DNA of 64,000 nucleotides, taken from NCBI GenBank assembly GCA_028824125.1, contig JAPPES010000080.1:580-64579 (forward strand), given 5' to 3'. Position 1 is the stretch's first letter. Each line of letters starts with the position of its first letter. The notes under the pieces were generated by a model that worked only from the letters and a program-made list of their open reading frames with translations, did not search any database and was not told the DNA's origin. This DNA comes from Candidatus Poribacteria bacterium (GTDB lineage Bacteria; Poribacteria; WGA-4E; WGA-3G). The position numbers and the translations under genes were made by a program. Positions 1 to 9,996 of the stretch are shown piece after piece.

Positions 1-1574
1 TTTAGTTTTTGTCCTTGCTTAAACTGTCCAAGATCGTTTGAATTTACTGTGGCTTTTACAGTAAACACTTCCGGACTTAAAACCGCTGCAATCGGAATCT
101 GAAGAATATCAGGCTTTTCAAAGACAATAATATCTACATCCGCAGACATGCCGGGCAGTAGTTTAAATTCTTCTTGATCTGGTATCTCGACTTCTATGTC
201 AACCTCAAAGGTAATCACACCGCCGCCGCCTTGACCGCGTGGGGTAGAGCTTGGTGAAATTTCGCTCACTTTCCCATTAAAAATTTTATTGCGAAAACTA
301 TCCACACGTATTTCTACGCGTTGTTCCTCTTTTATCCTGCCGATTTCGACCTGATTGATTTGGGTTTTGACAATCATCTGTGAAAGGTCAGCGATGCGCA
401 TGATTGCTTCCCCTCGTGAAAATGCTGACCGTCCTGAAGTGATAATCTCCCCCTCTTCTACAGAAATACGTGTAATTGTGCCAGACATCGGTGCTTTAAC
501 CGTTGTCCACTCGTAGCGATCCTGCTGAGATTTAAAACGGCTTTCCGCTTGCAGCAGATTCGCTTCTGCGCTAACTTTCGCATGTTTTGTGAGATCTTTC
601 TCTTCCTCAGTGGTATCTTCAGTTTGTTTGAGGCGGGTGTGTGCGTTTTCTAAATCTGCTTTCAATTGCTTTTGCTGTGCATCCTGAGATTCTTTGACTG
701 TTTCAACGTTCTTTTTATTGAGGGCAAGTGTTGCTTCTCGACTCTGAATTGCCACTTTCTCTCGCTTGATGTTTTCTTCTTCGGATTTAATTGTTTCATT
801 TTGGGATTCAACCGCTTTCTGTGCAGTTTCATATTGGGATTTAGTCGAAGCGAGTTGTTTTTGGGATTGCTCTAATGTTTGCTTGGAAATTAATTCCTTT
901 TCAAATAATTCTTTGTTACGTTCGTGTTCGGACTGGGTTGTCTCAAAGGTAATTTTTGCGGATGTGACACTTGCCTTTGCCCGATCAAGTGTTAAATTTG
1001 CTTGTGTTAGAGAGATTTCCGCCCGCTTCAGTGAGATTTGGTCTCGGTCCAGCAAGTTCTGCGTAGTTGCAACGAGGGTTTCCGCTTCAGTAATGCGTTG
1101 TTGTTTGTTCGCGGCAAAGGATTGGAGGTTAGCCTCAGCTTTAGCGACAGAATTTTGTGCATGCAGCAGGTCACTTTTTTCGCGTTGCTCAGCAATCTTT
1201 ATGCGAAGGTCTGCTTGTTCACGTTCAGCGTTTCGCGCATCTCGGTTTGCCTTTGCTTGCTTCATATCCTCTAAAATCTGCTCATCGTCAATTTTGAGGA
1301 GTCGATCTTCCTCTTCAACTCTGTCACTCTCCTCAACGAAAATTTCCTTTATTTCACCCTCTACGTTCGACCGGACATCTACTTCAATAAAGGAGCGAAG
1401 GGTACCAGATTCTTGGACTTTTACAAGGAATTGTCCGCGGCGGACAACCTCGCGCTTATCTTCGTCATCTTCTTTCTGCTGTCCAAAGTTCATTCGGGTT
1501 GCACCTATTATCGCTACCGCAATGACAATAATAGTACCTATGCCGATAATCACCCATTTTTTGCCGATCTTCAT
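1..1574 (-). CDS. HlyD-family periplasmic adaptor (membrane fusion protein); N-terminus complete (ATG at 1572-1574), C-terminus runs off the window start
   Basis: Translating the minus strand from ATG 1574 gives MKIGKKWVIIGIGTIIVIAVAIIG (TM anchor), then a long coiled coil rich in Q/E/K/A, then a beta-barrel-like C-terminus (VKAPMSGTITRISVEEGEIITSG..GKVSEISP). It lies directly downstream of the TolC-like gene and 2 nt from it. It is absent from the ORF track only because it lacks a stop inside the window. The plus-strand ORFs 666..875 and 766..1719 are low-complexity antisense artefacts. Confidence 0.8.
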   Translation of the reverse strand, partial: MKIGKKWVIIGIGTIIVIAVAIIGATRMNFGQQKEDDEDKREVVRRGQFLVKVQESGTLRSFIEVDVRSNVEGEIKEIFVEESDRVEEEDRLLKIDDEQILEDMKQAKANRDARNAEREQADLRIKIAEQREKSDLLHAQNSVAKAEANLQSFAANKQQRITEAETLVATTQNLLDRDQISLKRAEISLTQANLTLDRAKASVTSAKITFETTQSEHERNKELFEKELISKQTLEQSQKQLASTKSQYETAQKAVESQNETIKSEEENIKREKVAIQSREATLALNKKNVETVKESQDAQQKQLKADLENAHTRLKQTEDTTEEEKDLTKHAKVSAEANLLQAESRFKSQQDRYEWTTVKAPMSGTITRISVEEGEIITSGRSAFSRGEAIMRIADLSQMIVKTQINQVEIGRIKEEQRVEIRVDSFRNKIFNGKVSEISPSSTPRGQGGGGVITFEVDIEVEIPDQEEFKLLPGMSADVDIIVFEKPDILQIPIAAVLSPEVFTVKATVNSNDLGQFKQGQKL

Positions 1575-1576
1575 AA

Positions 1577-2918
1577 TTACTCTAGGACCCCCATTGCATC
1601 CTGTAAGCGTGTTCGCGCAATTTTATAATCGTAAAATGTATTCACCCGATTTGTCAATGCTTGCGCGTAACTTGTTTGTGCGTCAAGCGCCTCAAGTGGA
1701 ATCGCTTTTCCGACTTTAAGGCGCCCTTGAACAACATCTAAACTGAGTTTAGCGTTAACTACTTGTGTATTAGAGATTTCTACGGCGGCTTCGCTACGTT
1801 TTAGGTTCAGATAACTTTGTCGTACCCCAAGCGCAACGGAGCGTTCCAAGTCGCTTGCATTTTCGCGTGTTTGTTCCAACTGCATATTAAGTTCCTTGAC
1901 GCGATTACCCAAGATACCACCATCAAAAAGTGTAAAGTTGAGTGATGCACCAACACTCCAACTCCGAAAATCCGAAAAATTTTGACGTTCATGAAGGTAA
2001 TCATCAAGGTTGACGTTATAATTTACGTTTGCGCTCAACTGCGGCCAACGTCGTAATTTTGAAAGTGTCAAACTCCCTTCTTGTTGTTTAATTTGTGCTT
2101 CAGTTTCCTTAAATTCTGGGCGATTTTCAAGCGCTATCTGTATCGCTTCTTCAACAGTGATGTCTATCTTCTCAATAGTTCCACGCTCCAGATACAATTG
2201 GAAGGATTCATCTACTGCTACGGTAATTAGCAGTCCAGGGTCTAAGCCCATAAGACGTGGTAAAGTCGCTTGTGATATCTGGAGCGAATTTTGACTATTG
2301 AGTAATCCCAATTCGTCACTTGTTTCACGGACTCTTGCAGTAGCAACATCTGCGGGGATAAGTACACCTGCTTCCTCTAAAGCTTGGATCTGTTTTGTAT
2401 TATCTCTGGATCGCTCTAATACATCTTCACTCACCTTAACGAGTTCTGTATCTTTAAGGACGTCATAGTACGCTTGTGTAATCTGTAGGATTAAACCCTG
2501 TTTAATTCCCTCATTTCGGTTCGTTGTAACTCTCAAACTCTCTTTTGCCTGTGCGTAATTTACTTCACGTTGTCCATTATCCCAAAGCGTATAACGTCCT
2601 GTCAATCCTAAATCGTAGTTTTCTCGTTCAAAACCGAAATCTAAACGGTCAGAGAAATCATATCGACCAGAAGAAGTAATTGTCGGAAAATAACCGGCAC
2701 GTGCATTTTTTAAACGTAACTCCTGAATAGCAAGACTCAACCGTGCATTTCGCATACTCGTTGCTTTTTCTAACCCCATTTGAATACACTGTTCAAGTGT
2801 TAACGGTTGAGACAGGTCAATTTCTGTTGGCTCTTGTGCATCCGCACAAAGAATTACCATAAACTGAAGACTAAACAGGATAAACGTAAACCCAATTCCC
2901 CATCGAAGCATTAGCATC
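1577..2918 (-). CDS. TolC-family outer membrane efflux protein
   Basis: The 484-aa track ORF is dominated by outer-membrane-factor alpha-helical repeats (LTLEQCIQMGLEKATSMRNARLSLAIQELRLKNARAGYFPTITSSGRYD...). I prefer the start at ATG 2916-2918 (MLMLRWGIGFTFILFSLQFMVILCADA, a signal peptide) with an AAGGAG RBS 6 nt upstream. The track start at 3031 would add 38 aa with no signal peptide. Confidence 0.8.
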
Positions 2919-2970
2919 TCCTTAAAACTTATATCATGGAAGATTGTAATCTTAATAGGACTTACGTATG

Positions 2971-2997
2971 CTGTTCTTTTGTAGCATAACCTGTTAG
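2971..2997. repeat. Host palindrome P variant (GTAGCATAACCTGTTAGGTTGTGCCAC) in the tolC leader
   Basis: Imperfect inverted repeat, gcataacct / aggttgtgc. It belongs to the GCACAAACTG...CAGTTTGTGC family seen about 8 times in this window. Confidence 0.5.
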
Positions 2998-3272
2998 GTT
3001 GTGCCACAAAAACGTCTCTGTTTTTTACCACGCTCCATCGGACAGAGTGGCATACGGGTCAAAATTACGTAAGTCCTGCTTAAACAAGCCTTTAAATTTT
3101 TTTGACAATAACGAATTGTAAAAGTTCAGCATAAATTTTCGTTAAATTTTTTGATAAAGTATATCGGCAATTTTGACGCAAATCAAGTATAAAAGTTTAG
3201 TCATTCTTCAGTGGTAATGAGATTACAAGGGTTTGTAAAGTTTTGGCACTGATTATCTTTTAGGAATTTAAC

Positions 3273-3301
3273 TTGACAAACCAATCTATTTATGTTAATA
3301 T
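3273..3301 (+). promoter_or_regulatory. sigma70-like promoter candidate (TTGACA-N17-TAATAT)
   Basis: ttgaca at 3273-3278, a 17-nt spacer, taatat at 3296-3301. It sits in the 780-bp AT-rich divergent region between tolC and trpA, about 90 nt upstream of the GACGTG repeat array. Confidence 0.3.
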
Positions 3302-3385
3302 TATTATCACATAATCAAGTAATGGTCTCAATATAGGCAAAATTTCTAAAGAACAAAGAGAAGAAAAATAAAAAAAGCTGAAAAT

Positions 3386-3525
3386 CACGTCACAATCCTT
3401 GTCCTGATTGACTTCTGCACGTCACTAGGACGTGCAAAACGCCTAATTGTGACGTGAAATACGTCCTAAATGTGACGTGAAACGTCCTAATTGTGACGTG
3501 AAACGTCCTAATTGAAGGTGCCCAT
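3386..3525. repeat. Iteron-like array: one inverted plus three tandem direct copies of a ~21-bp unit CCTAATTGTGACGTGAAACGT, plus the palindrome GCACGTCACTAGGACGTGC
   Basis: aatCACGTCACAATcc (3386-3401) is the reverse complement of the ATTGTGACGTGA unit. The dyad gcacgtcac-tag-gacgtgc follows at 3417-3436. Three head-to-tail units then run 3443-3512: cctaattgtgacgtgaaatacgt / cctaaatgtgacgtgaaacgt / cctaattgtgacgtgaaacgt, ending in a partial cctaattgaagg. A stem-loop follows: ggacgaag...cttcgtcc (3530-3566). Confidence 0.6.
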
Positions 3526-3922
3526 CGGGGAGGACGAAGCGAAACGCAACCAACAAAATCCTTCGTCCGAAAACTTTACACACCCGATTACAAAATTGAA
3601 TTGACATCAAAATGATAGCGTGTTAGATTTATGTATGAAAAAGTTTGGCAGGCGACTTTGAAGACAAGACTGAACGTGCCATTTTCCGTGACGAATTGGC
3701 TGCACTGCAGGTGGAGTTACGCAAATATTCTCGCATGTTGGCGGATATCGCTGAGGTTGAAGATTTAACGGACCTGGAAGAAAAAGAGGGACCTGAGTAA
3801 TCCAAGATGTTTTGATGCTGATTTCAGATTTACACTATTCAAAACTTATCTTGACATTTCAATTCGGACAGCGTATAATAGAGAAAACTCAATATCAGAA
3901 AGTCGAAACACAATCATACATA

Positions 3923-4723
3923 ATGAATCGAATTGACAAAAAATTTCAGCAACTCCGACAGCAAGGTGTCAGCGCATTTATGCCGTATCTCTGTGCAGGA
4001 GACCCAACACCTGAGTTAACCGCGAAACTCCTCCTTACGCTTGAACAAGCAGGTGCTGACCTCATAGAACTCGGTGTCCCCTTCTCCGACCCAATAGCAG
4101 ACGGGCCGACTATTCAACGTGCCAGCGAACGTGCACTTAAACATCAAATCTCTCTCCAACAGATTCTTGAGATAGTGAAAACACTCCGCCAGCAAACAGA
4201 CATTCCCATCGCGTTGATGAGTTACTATAATCCGATCTTTAGTATGGGGGAATCAACATTTTGCCAAGCAGCACAAGATGCAGGCGTTGATGGAATAATC
4301 GTACCAGACCTACCGCCAGAGGAAGCACAACCACTTTTACAAGTTGCACCACAACATAACCTCGCTACTATCTTCCTTGTTGCGCCGACAAGTCCATCAG
4401 AACGGATGCAAAGTATCGCATCAGTCAGTACTGGATTTGTCTATTGTGTTTCGTTAACTGGCGTAACAGGGGTTCGGGCAACGTTATCAAACGAAGTAGC
4501 ACCGATGATAACAGAACTCCGCAAGCACACACCGAAACCGATCAGCGTCGGTTTCGGTGTGTCCACCCCTGAGCAAGCAAAACAGGTTGCAGTAGTCGCT
4601 GATGGCGTTATTGTGGGGAGTGCTATTATCAATGTGATTGAAAAACATAAGGATGACGAATCAAAATTGCTTACTGCAGTAAAACAGTTTGCATCAGAAT
4701 TGGCGGTAGGTGTGAAAGCATAA
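3923..4723 (+). CDS. trpA: Tryptophan synthase alpha chain
   Basis: MNRIDKKFQQLRQQGVSAFMPYLCAGDPTPELTAKLLLTLEQAGADLIELGVPFSDPIADGPTIQ and the rest are typical TrpA at 266 aa. I prefer ATG 3923 over the track start 3812, which would add 37 atypical residues. No trpB is adjacent. Confidence 0.9.
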   Translation: MNRIDKKFQQLRQQGVSAFMPYLCAGDPTPELTAKLLLTLEQAGADLIELGVPFSDPIADGPTIQRASERALKHQISLQQILEIVKTLRQQTDIPIALMSYYNPIFSMGESTFCQAAQDAGVDGIIVPDLPPEEAQPLLQVAPQHNLATIFLVAPTSPSERMQSIASVSTGFVYCVSLTGVTGVRATLSNEVAPMITELRKHTPKPISVGFGVSTPEQAKQVAVVADGVIVGSAIINVIEKHKDDESKLLTAVKQFASELAVGVKA

Positions 4724-4801
4724 AGTGTGATTCTGTTTCTGTATCTACCTATCTTTCAATGTGTGAAGGTGGATATCGAGACCGCATGGAGGACTCAACA
4801 C

Positions 4802-5407
4802 ATGGCTTATAGCAATTTCACTTTACAAGCAGCACAAAAAACGTTTCAATTAGAAATAGTTCAGTCTATAGGTATCTTTGCCGAAACAGAGTTGGTGGAG
4901 CCGAGTTCGGAACTCATCAAGGCGTTGGCAAAGAAGGTCCCGTTAGCCGTTGCAATAGGTACAGAGAAGGCAAAGTCAGAAATGATTGTCGCCGATATAC
5001 TTGTTGAACTCCGAGAACATTTTGAGCACCGTATTAGTCTCTTTTCGGGTATTGATTTTAATGTTGACACTGAAAATGATTTGACTGGTGTGTGTGATTT
5101 TTTGGTGAGTCTATCTCCAAACCAGTACTATTTGGAATCTCCTGTTATTATCCTTGTTGAAGCTAAGAAAGACGACCTCATAACAGGCCTCGGGCAATGC
5201 GTAGCGGAGATGATCGCTGCGCAACGCTTTAATACCGAACAAGAGAACGACATTTCACGTGTTTATGGGGCTACCACAACGGGGACGCATTGGCTCTTCC
5301 TCAAATTGGAAGGCAAGCGACTCCACATTGACATGGAAACTTATATGCTTGAACGATGTGACAGAATTCTCGGTATTCTTGCAAGCATGGTAGCACAAAA
5401 AGTATGA
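4802..5407 (+). CDS. Hypothetical protein, probably PD-(D/E)xK nuclease fold (HsdR-N-terminal-like)
   Basis: A 201-aa ORF from ATG 4802 with a GGAGGA RBS 10 nt upstream. It contains D...VEAKK (ILVEAKKDDLITGLGQ), which resembles the E-x-K core of restriction-endonuclease-like domains. The track's GTG start at 4727 abuts the trpA stop and adds 25 hydrophobic residues. Assignment is by motif memory only. Confidence 0.45.
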   Translation: MAYSNFTLQAAQKTFQLEIVQSIGIFAETELVEPSSELIKALAKKVPLAVAIGTEKAKSEMIVADILVELREHFEHRISLFSGIDFNVDTENDLTGVCDFLVSLSPNQYYLESPVIILVEAKKDDLITGLGQCVAEMIAAQRFNTEQENDISRVYGATTTGTHWLFLKLEGKRLHIDMETYMLERCDRILGILASMVAQKV

Positions 5408-5483
5408 AGTCCACAACTTTGCTGTGAGACTTTTCCTTGTATCCGCGTTAATTTTGTGTAATCCGGGATTGAAAAAAGAATAA

Positions 5484-6380
5484 CTACATCCCGCGTTTGA
5501 TACCAAATTCCGTTTCAAACGCTTCCCATATTTCTTCCGGTATGTCTGCCGTTGCAGCTTCAAACCCATCTTCCACCTGTGCTTTGTCAGCAGGACCGAA
5601 CATCACAACACCATCTATTGGTGCAGCGAGGCAAAACTGCATTGCCAAGTGACGGATATTTACATCGCGTTCCTGACACCATTTCCACATCGCATAAGCC
5701 TTGGGTTCAGCATCAGGATTACGTCTCCGTTCATCTTCAACGTTCGGTTCCGCACCAGTAAGGCTCCCCATCCCTAAAGGACTCGCAAGGATAATACCGA
5801 CATCGTGTTCGCGTGCTAATGGTAACGTGGTTTCCGCCACAGATTGCGATAACAATGTGTAATCCAAAAAGGTGAGAATAATATCTATATGCCCTGTTTC
5901 GATCAGTTGCTTGTGAAAATCGTGAGAGCGCACCCCCGCACCGATATGTCGGATTAAGCCTTCGTCTTTCATCTCCAGAAGCGTATCCAAAGCGCGTCCT
6001 TTATCTAATACACTTTTCATATCCAACGGGTCATGGATCAACACTGCATCAAGATAGTCTGTTTGCATGTCTTTAAGACTATTTGTCACACTCCACCGTG
6101 TGCCGTCTGCGGAGAAATCTTTCCTACGTTCAGGGTGTGTGCCGACTTTTGCCTGCAGATACACTTTTTCTCTCAAACCGTCAGAAAGTGCTTCACCCCA
6201 AAGATGCTCCCTGTGTCCAGGGTAGGTGTCAATATAGTTGATACCGAGTCCAATTGCTTTTCTGATTGCACTAATAACCTCTTCATCCGGTTTTGAGGAC
6301 AACCATGCTGCACCAAGTGCTAAAGCATTCGGGCGCATCTCAGTCCGTCCCATTCGACGAGTTTCTAATTTTTGTGCCAT
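5484..6380 (-). CDS. Aldo/keto reductase family oxidoreductase
   Basis: 298 aa. N-terminus resembles the AKR start (LETRRMGRTEMRPNALALGAAW). GINYIDTYPGHREHLWGEAL and the C-terminal AMQFCLA..VMFGPA match the AKR (beta/alpha)8 family. Confidence 0.85.
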   Translation of the reverse strand: MAQKLETRRMGRTEMRPNALALGAAWLSSKPDEEVISAIRKAIGLGINYIDTYPGHREHLWGEALSDGLREKVYLQAKVGTHPERRKDFSADGTRWSVTNSLKDMQTDYLDAVLIHDPLDMKSVLDKGRALDTLLEMKDEGLIRHIGAGVRSHDFHKQLIETGHIDIILTFLDYTLLSQSVAETTLPLAREHDVGIILASPLGMGSLTGAEPNVEDERRRNPDAEPKAYAMWKWCQERDVNIRHLAMQFCLAAPIDGVVMFGPADKAQVEDGFEAATADIPEEIWEAFETEFGIKRGM

Positions 6381-6403
6381 AATGAAATTCCTTGAAATTA
6401 CTG

Positions 6404-7003
6404 CTATTGATCTTCAAGTGTCTTTCGCAACTTATGTGTTGATGTCGCAAGCGACTCTTGCAAATATGGATATGGAAAACCTCCCCATCGGTCAGGTGGT
6501 GGTTCATGGGCTTTTGCTATCTTTAGACTCACAAAAATTGGACCCTCTTGGTTCCAAATTTTTGGGAGAGCGGTTTCAAGTGTCTCTATATCATCAAATT
6601 CATAAACTTGCTCAAAACCTGTCCCCTTCGCAATTGTTGTCCAACTAAAGTCAGCATTTCGCGGAACAGGTTGATTTCCAGTAACCTCATAAGTGCCATT
6701 ATCACAGACAAAAAGAAGATAGTTCGCAGGTGGTTTTTGCAAACCTGTAATCGTTGCGAGTGTACCTAAACACATCAGCATACTCCCATCCCCGTTAAGC
6801 ACGACAACCTTCTTTTCAGGTTTTGCGAGCGCAATACCGAGTGCGAAATCCGCAGCGTGTCCCATCGCACTTCCAACAGAGGCGTAGTCCAATGGATGCG
6901 TTGATATTTTAGCCCACGGCACGCTCATCCCCATCGTGGTTATAACGATTTCGTCTGTTCGCTGCGATGCAATAAGTTTTAGACACTCCTCTTTGATAAG
7001 CAT
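6404..7003 (-). CDS. TPP-binding beta subunit of a sulfopyruvate/phosphonopyruvate decarboxylase-like enzyme (orphan)
   Basis: 199 aa. ..VVVLNGDGSMLMCLGTLATI...FVCDNGTYEVTGNQ.. is the GDG-(x)-NGxY-xTGNQ thiamine-pyrophosphate binding signature of ComE/Ppd beta subunits. No alpha (pyrimidine-binding) subunit is adjacent. Confidence 0.7.
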   Translation of the reverse strand: MLIKEECLKLIASQRTDEIVITTMGMSVPWAKISTHPLDYASVGSAMGHAADFALGIALAKPEKKVVVLNGDGSMLMCLGTLATITGLQKPPANYLLFVCDNGTYEVTGNQPVPRNADFSWTTIAKGTGFEQVYEFDDIETLETALPKIWNQEGPIFVSLKIAKAHEPPPDRWGGFPYPYLQESLATSTHKLRKTLEDQ

Positions 7004-7022
7004 AATCTTGAAATAAAAAGTC

Positions 7023-8462
7023 TTACTTTTTCCCTTCCTCTAAAGGTAAAAATTTGATTGTTGGTGGATTTTCCATCGTTGTTGTCATAATTTGGAGATG
7101 TTGCAAAAATTCTGATTGGGTTTCTATCCCATTAATGCCACCTTCCCATATAGCCAATGCCCGATAATTGATCCGCCCTTCATCATCAGGATTTAGAACA
7201 ATAGACAAACGAGATGCGTCTGTGTCGATCAAACTGCTCGCCTGTGCTATTGGATAAATTAATGCTACGCCAAGCGGATATGTTCCATCAGGGTCTGTCC
7301 CCCAACTCCACAACAAACCGTGTTCTTCATCGCTCCCTGATGAGTCAGTAAGTTTAGGAATACCTACGACGATAGCGTAATCGGCAGGTAATTCTCTATC
7401 TAATTGGATAAAGTGTTCAATCCACGGATTTCCACCATAAATAAAAGTTGTTGACGTAAGTTGATATGTCTGACCGTTAATGTTCCAGCTCGGCAGTATT
7501 CGTTGAACGACCGAACGCATACCGCCATCGGCGAGAATCCGAACATAATCTCCTTCATTTGGCAGTGGAATCAATTCCGTTTTTTCTTTATGCCATAGTG
7601 CAAATCCACCACATCCGACCAATTCATCCTGAGGCGTCAACAGGACCATTGTAGTGTTTTCTGGGTCAAGAAGTGCATTCAGGGACAAGCCAATTGATTT
7701 GGAAAAATTGAGCTGCTCCTCAGATTTTCGGATAAAGTAATCCTCCTGATTCTCCAAGTCGTGCATTACCCACCTTTGTTCAGGTTTTTCAACTTCTATT
7801 TTTAACGCCTGCAGATTTTGGGTCAGTGAAATCTGGATCCTTTCAAAATGCCGTCTAAAATCTGGCGAAATCGGGCTGTTACCCTCTAATTCCACCAAAT
7901 ACATCTTATCAACGCTGAAAAGTTCTTTTCGTTTTTTGCCATACGCAACTACAGCGCCGCTCGGTTTCAACAGATAGGCTATTAAATCGGATTCTATCGC
8001 CGCCATAGCATTTAGTTTAGGGAAAATACCTGCACGCGTCTGTTTTTTCACATCAAGCGTAAATGTCGCCTTAACATTTGGATCGTAAAGCACTGAAATC
8101 TCTTTCGTCTCCTCAGCGGCAAGATCTAAAAGAAAAACTAATTGGTCACGTTCGCCATCATAGTCTAAGTCATCCGCTTGGGCAGGGATCATTGCCTCCC
8201 GTGGTGCCTTACCAGTAACAACAGAATATGCATTAAGGGAAAAATCTGCACTGACCTTTTGAAGCTGCTCTATGGTGAGTACAATTGGAACGTTTTCTCG
8301 ATCAATTGCAAGTGTATTTTGAATGGCAAACCGAATACGGTTAGTTTTTTGTTTGCCACCAGGAAATGTACAACCAACAAAAACTACCAAAAAAGCTGCA
8401 ATAAACCAGTGCCAACATTTCACTTTTTGAATTTGAGTTTTCTTATATGTATATATCATCAA
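7023..8462 (-). CDS. Hypothetical lipoprotein
   Basis: 479 aa. The N-terminal KVKCWHWFIAAFLVVFVGC is a lipoprotein signal peptide with lipobox Cys. I recognised no catalytic motif. The track ORF is clean and its antisense partner is poor. Confidence 0.6.
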   Translation of the reverse strand: MMIYTYKKTQIQKVKCWHWFIAAFLVVFVGCTFPGGKQKTNRIRFAIQNTLAIDRENVPIVLTIEQLQKVSADFSLNAYSVVTGKAPREAMIPAQADDLDYDGERDQLVFLLDLAAEETKEISVLYDPNVKATFTLDVKKQTRAGIFPKLNAMAAIESDLIAYLLKPSGAVVAYGKKRKELFSVDKMYLVELEGNSPISPDFRRHFERIQISLTQNLQALKIEVEKPEQRWVMHDLENQEDYFIRKSEEQLNFSKSIGLSLNALLDPENTTMVLLTPQDELVGCGGFALWHKEKTELIPLPNEGDYVRILADGGMRSVVQRILPSWNINGQTYQLTSTTFIYGGNPWIEHFIQLDRELPADYAIVVGIPKLTDSSGSDEEHGLLWSWGTDPDGTYPLGVALIYPIAQASSLIDTDASRLSIVLNPDDEGRINYRALAIWEGGINGIETQSEFLQHLQIMTTTMENPPTIKFLPLEEGKK

Positions 8463-8626
8463 TTCTTAATTATCCATCAAAAATCATACGGTAGCAATTA
8501 GACATTATAACTTTTTAATTGTGAATTGTAATCGGTCTTTTATAAAATCTAAAGTTCGTCCGTCGGGTTTCGCTGTGTTCTGTCCTTATGTGTCAATTTA
8601 AGGATTTTCCGAATGTGTGTCCTGCT

Positions 8627-8800
8627 CTTCAGTCCCGTAGGGACGATATGTTTATAGTAGCTCGTGCTATCCCTACTCTCTTAGTCCCGTAGGGACGAAA
8701 TGTTTTCGCAGCACATTGGCAGTTGATATGTCGTTCCTACGGAACTCAAGAGGTGTTGATAATTTTTTCTATAAACATAGCGTTCCTATGGAACTCAAGA
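8627..8800. repeat. MITE family 1 core (double-hairpin GTCCCGTAGGGACGATATGT element), copy lacking clear TIRs
   Basis: Two direct copies of (c)ttagtcccgtagggacga(t/a)atgt are followed by two inverted copies, acatatcgtccctacgggact-like. The same architecture recurs at 14753-15009, 33631-33710 and 52141-52405. Confidence 0.7.
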
Positions 8801-8859
8801 GGTCCGAGACGCTCGGTAAACCTTAATTCAACTTAAATCATTATAATGTCTATTGTTTC

Positions 8860-9996
8860 TTACTGTTCAGGGAGAACTCCAAGCAAATCTGCAATTTCCG
8901 CTTCTGTATTATAGAAATGCGGCGAGACTCTCACACCACTCCCACGCTCGGCAGTAATTATGTTCCGTTCATTGAGCAGCGCATAGAGTTCAGCAGGTGT
9001 ATGGTGATCGCTTTCAAAAACCACGATCCCTGCGCGTTCAGAATCCGACTGAGGGGTGATGACGCGATACCCTTTGGAGTCCAATCCCTTAATTAAGCCT
9101 GCTGTAAGTTCCAAAATATAGTTCTCAATGTTCGAAACACCAATTTCAAGTAATAGTTCAATCGCAGCCTTGAGTCCATATAAACCGATGCTATTATAAG
9201 ACCCCTCTTCAAAACGTGTAGCATCCGGTTTCTGTGTGAGGTCATAATCAAGAAATTCGCGAGGATTCACAACACTTGCCCATCCAACGTTGGTATTAAT
9301 AAGGCGTTCCAGTTTGTCATTAGCACAATAAAAAATCGCCGCGCCCTCTGGTGCCAGCAGCCACTTGTGTCCGTCTGCCGCGAGGATATCAACATGGCTT
9401 GACTTCACATCTACTTCAATCGCACCGAGGCTTTGGATTGCATCCACGACAAACCAGATATCGCGTTCGCGACACATCTCGCCAATTGACTTGATGTCGT
9501 TTCGGAAACCAGACGCAAATTCCACATGACTAATTGTTACGACCCGTGTACGCTCATCAAGTGCGGCTACAATATCTTCAAGATAAATACGCCCTTCGCG
9601 CTCAGGCACCATGCGTGTTTCAACGCCATAGCGTTCCTTCAAACTCCACCAGGGATAAACATTCGCTGGGAATTCGACAGCAGTGGTAACAACGTTATCA
9701 CCTGCTCGCCAATCAATGCCGTTTGCTGCGATGAGTATGCCTTGCGTTGTATTTTTCATAAACGCTATTTCCGTTGCATCAGCATTGATCAGCTGCGCTG
9801 CAACTGACCGACAGCTTTCAATCGTTTCAACCCAGGATTCAACGTTCACAGCACCGTTCACTGTGGCATCTTCTGCAAAGCCAATCATGGCATTCCTCAC
9901 CCGATTTGATAAAGGGGCAACACCAGCATGGTTCATATAAACATAAGATTGGATAACCGGAAATTCGGTTCGCCATTTATCAAGAAACATCTTCAA
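8860..9996 (-). CDS. Class V aminotransferase-fold PLP-dependent enzyme
   Basis: 378 aa. ...ILAADGHKWLLAPEGAAIFYC has the PLP-lysine context of class V aminotransferases and cysteine desulfurases. Its start overlaps the upstream GT2 gene by 17 nt, so they are probably an operon. Confidence 0.8.
   Translation of the reverse strand: MKMFLDKWRTEFPVIQSYVYMNHAGVAPLSNRVRNAMIGFAEDATVNGAVNVESWVETIESCRSVAAQLINADATEIAFMKNTTQGILIAANGIDWRAGDNVVTTAVEFPANVYPWWSLKERYGVETRMVPEREGRIYLEDIVAALDERTRVVTISHVEFASGFRNDIKSIGEMCRERDIWFVVDAIQSLGAIEVDVKSSHVDILAADGHKWLLAPEGAAIFYCANDKLERLINTNVGWASVVNPREFLDYDLTQKPDATRFEEGSYNSIGLYGLKAAIELLLEIGVSNIENYILELTAGLIKGLDSKGYRVITPQSDSERAGIVVFESDHHTPAELYALLNERNIITAERGSGVRVSPHFYNTEAEIADLLGVLPEQ

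Noticed and set aside
666-1719. Plus-strand ORFs 666..875 and 766..1719 (317 aa)
   Set aside because: They are low-complexity (S/R/C/F-rich) antisense translations of the clearly better HlyD-family adaptor gene on the minus strand (<1..1574). That gene has a TM anchor and a coiled coil, and it is absent from the track only because it runs off the window.
2919-3031. Longer TolC start at 3031
   Set aside because: It adds 38 residues without a signal peptide. The internal ATG at 2918 has an AAGGAG RBS and gives a canonical signal sequence.
3646-3801. 52-aa TTG-initiated ORF upstream of trpA (…DFEDKTERAIFRDELAALQVELRKYSRMLADIAEVEDLTDLEEKEGPE)
   Set aside because: It looks protein-like but has no ATG and no RBS, and it is below the ORF-track threshold. 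It is possibly a gene fragment or a leader peptide, and the evidence is too thin to call.
8627-8800. CRISPR interpretation of the GTCCCGTAGGGACGATATGT repeat clusters (also at 14820-14990, 33631-33710, 52170-52350)
   Set aside because: Each cluster has two direct plus two inverted copies forming a large hairpin. The inter-repeat sequences are conserved between loci rather than unique. One locus is the exact reverse complement of another. Defined TIRs flank the clusters. All of this points to a MITE, not a CRISPR array. No cas genes are present.
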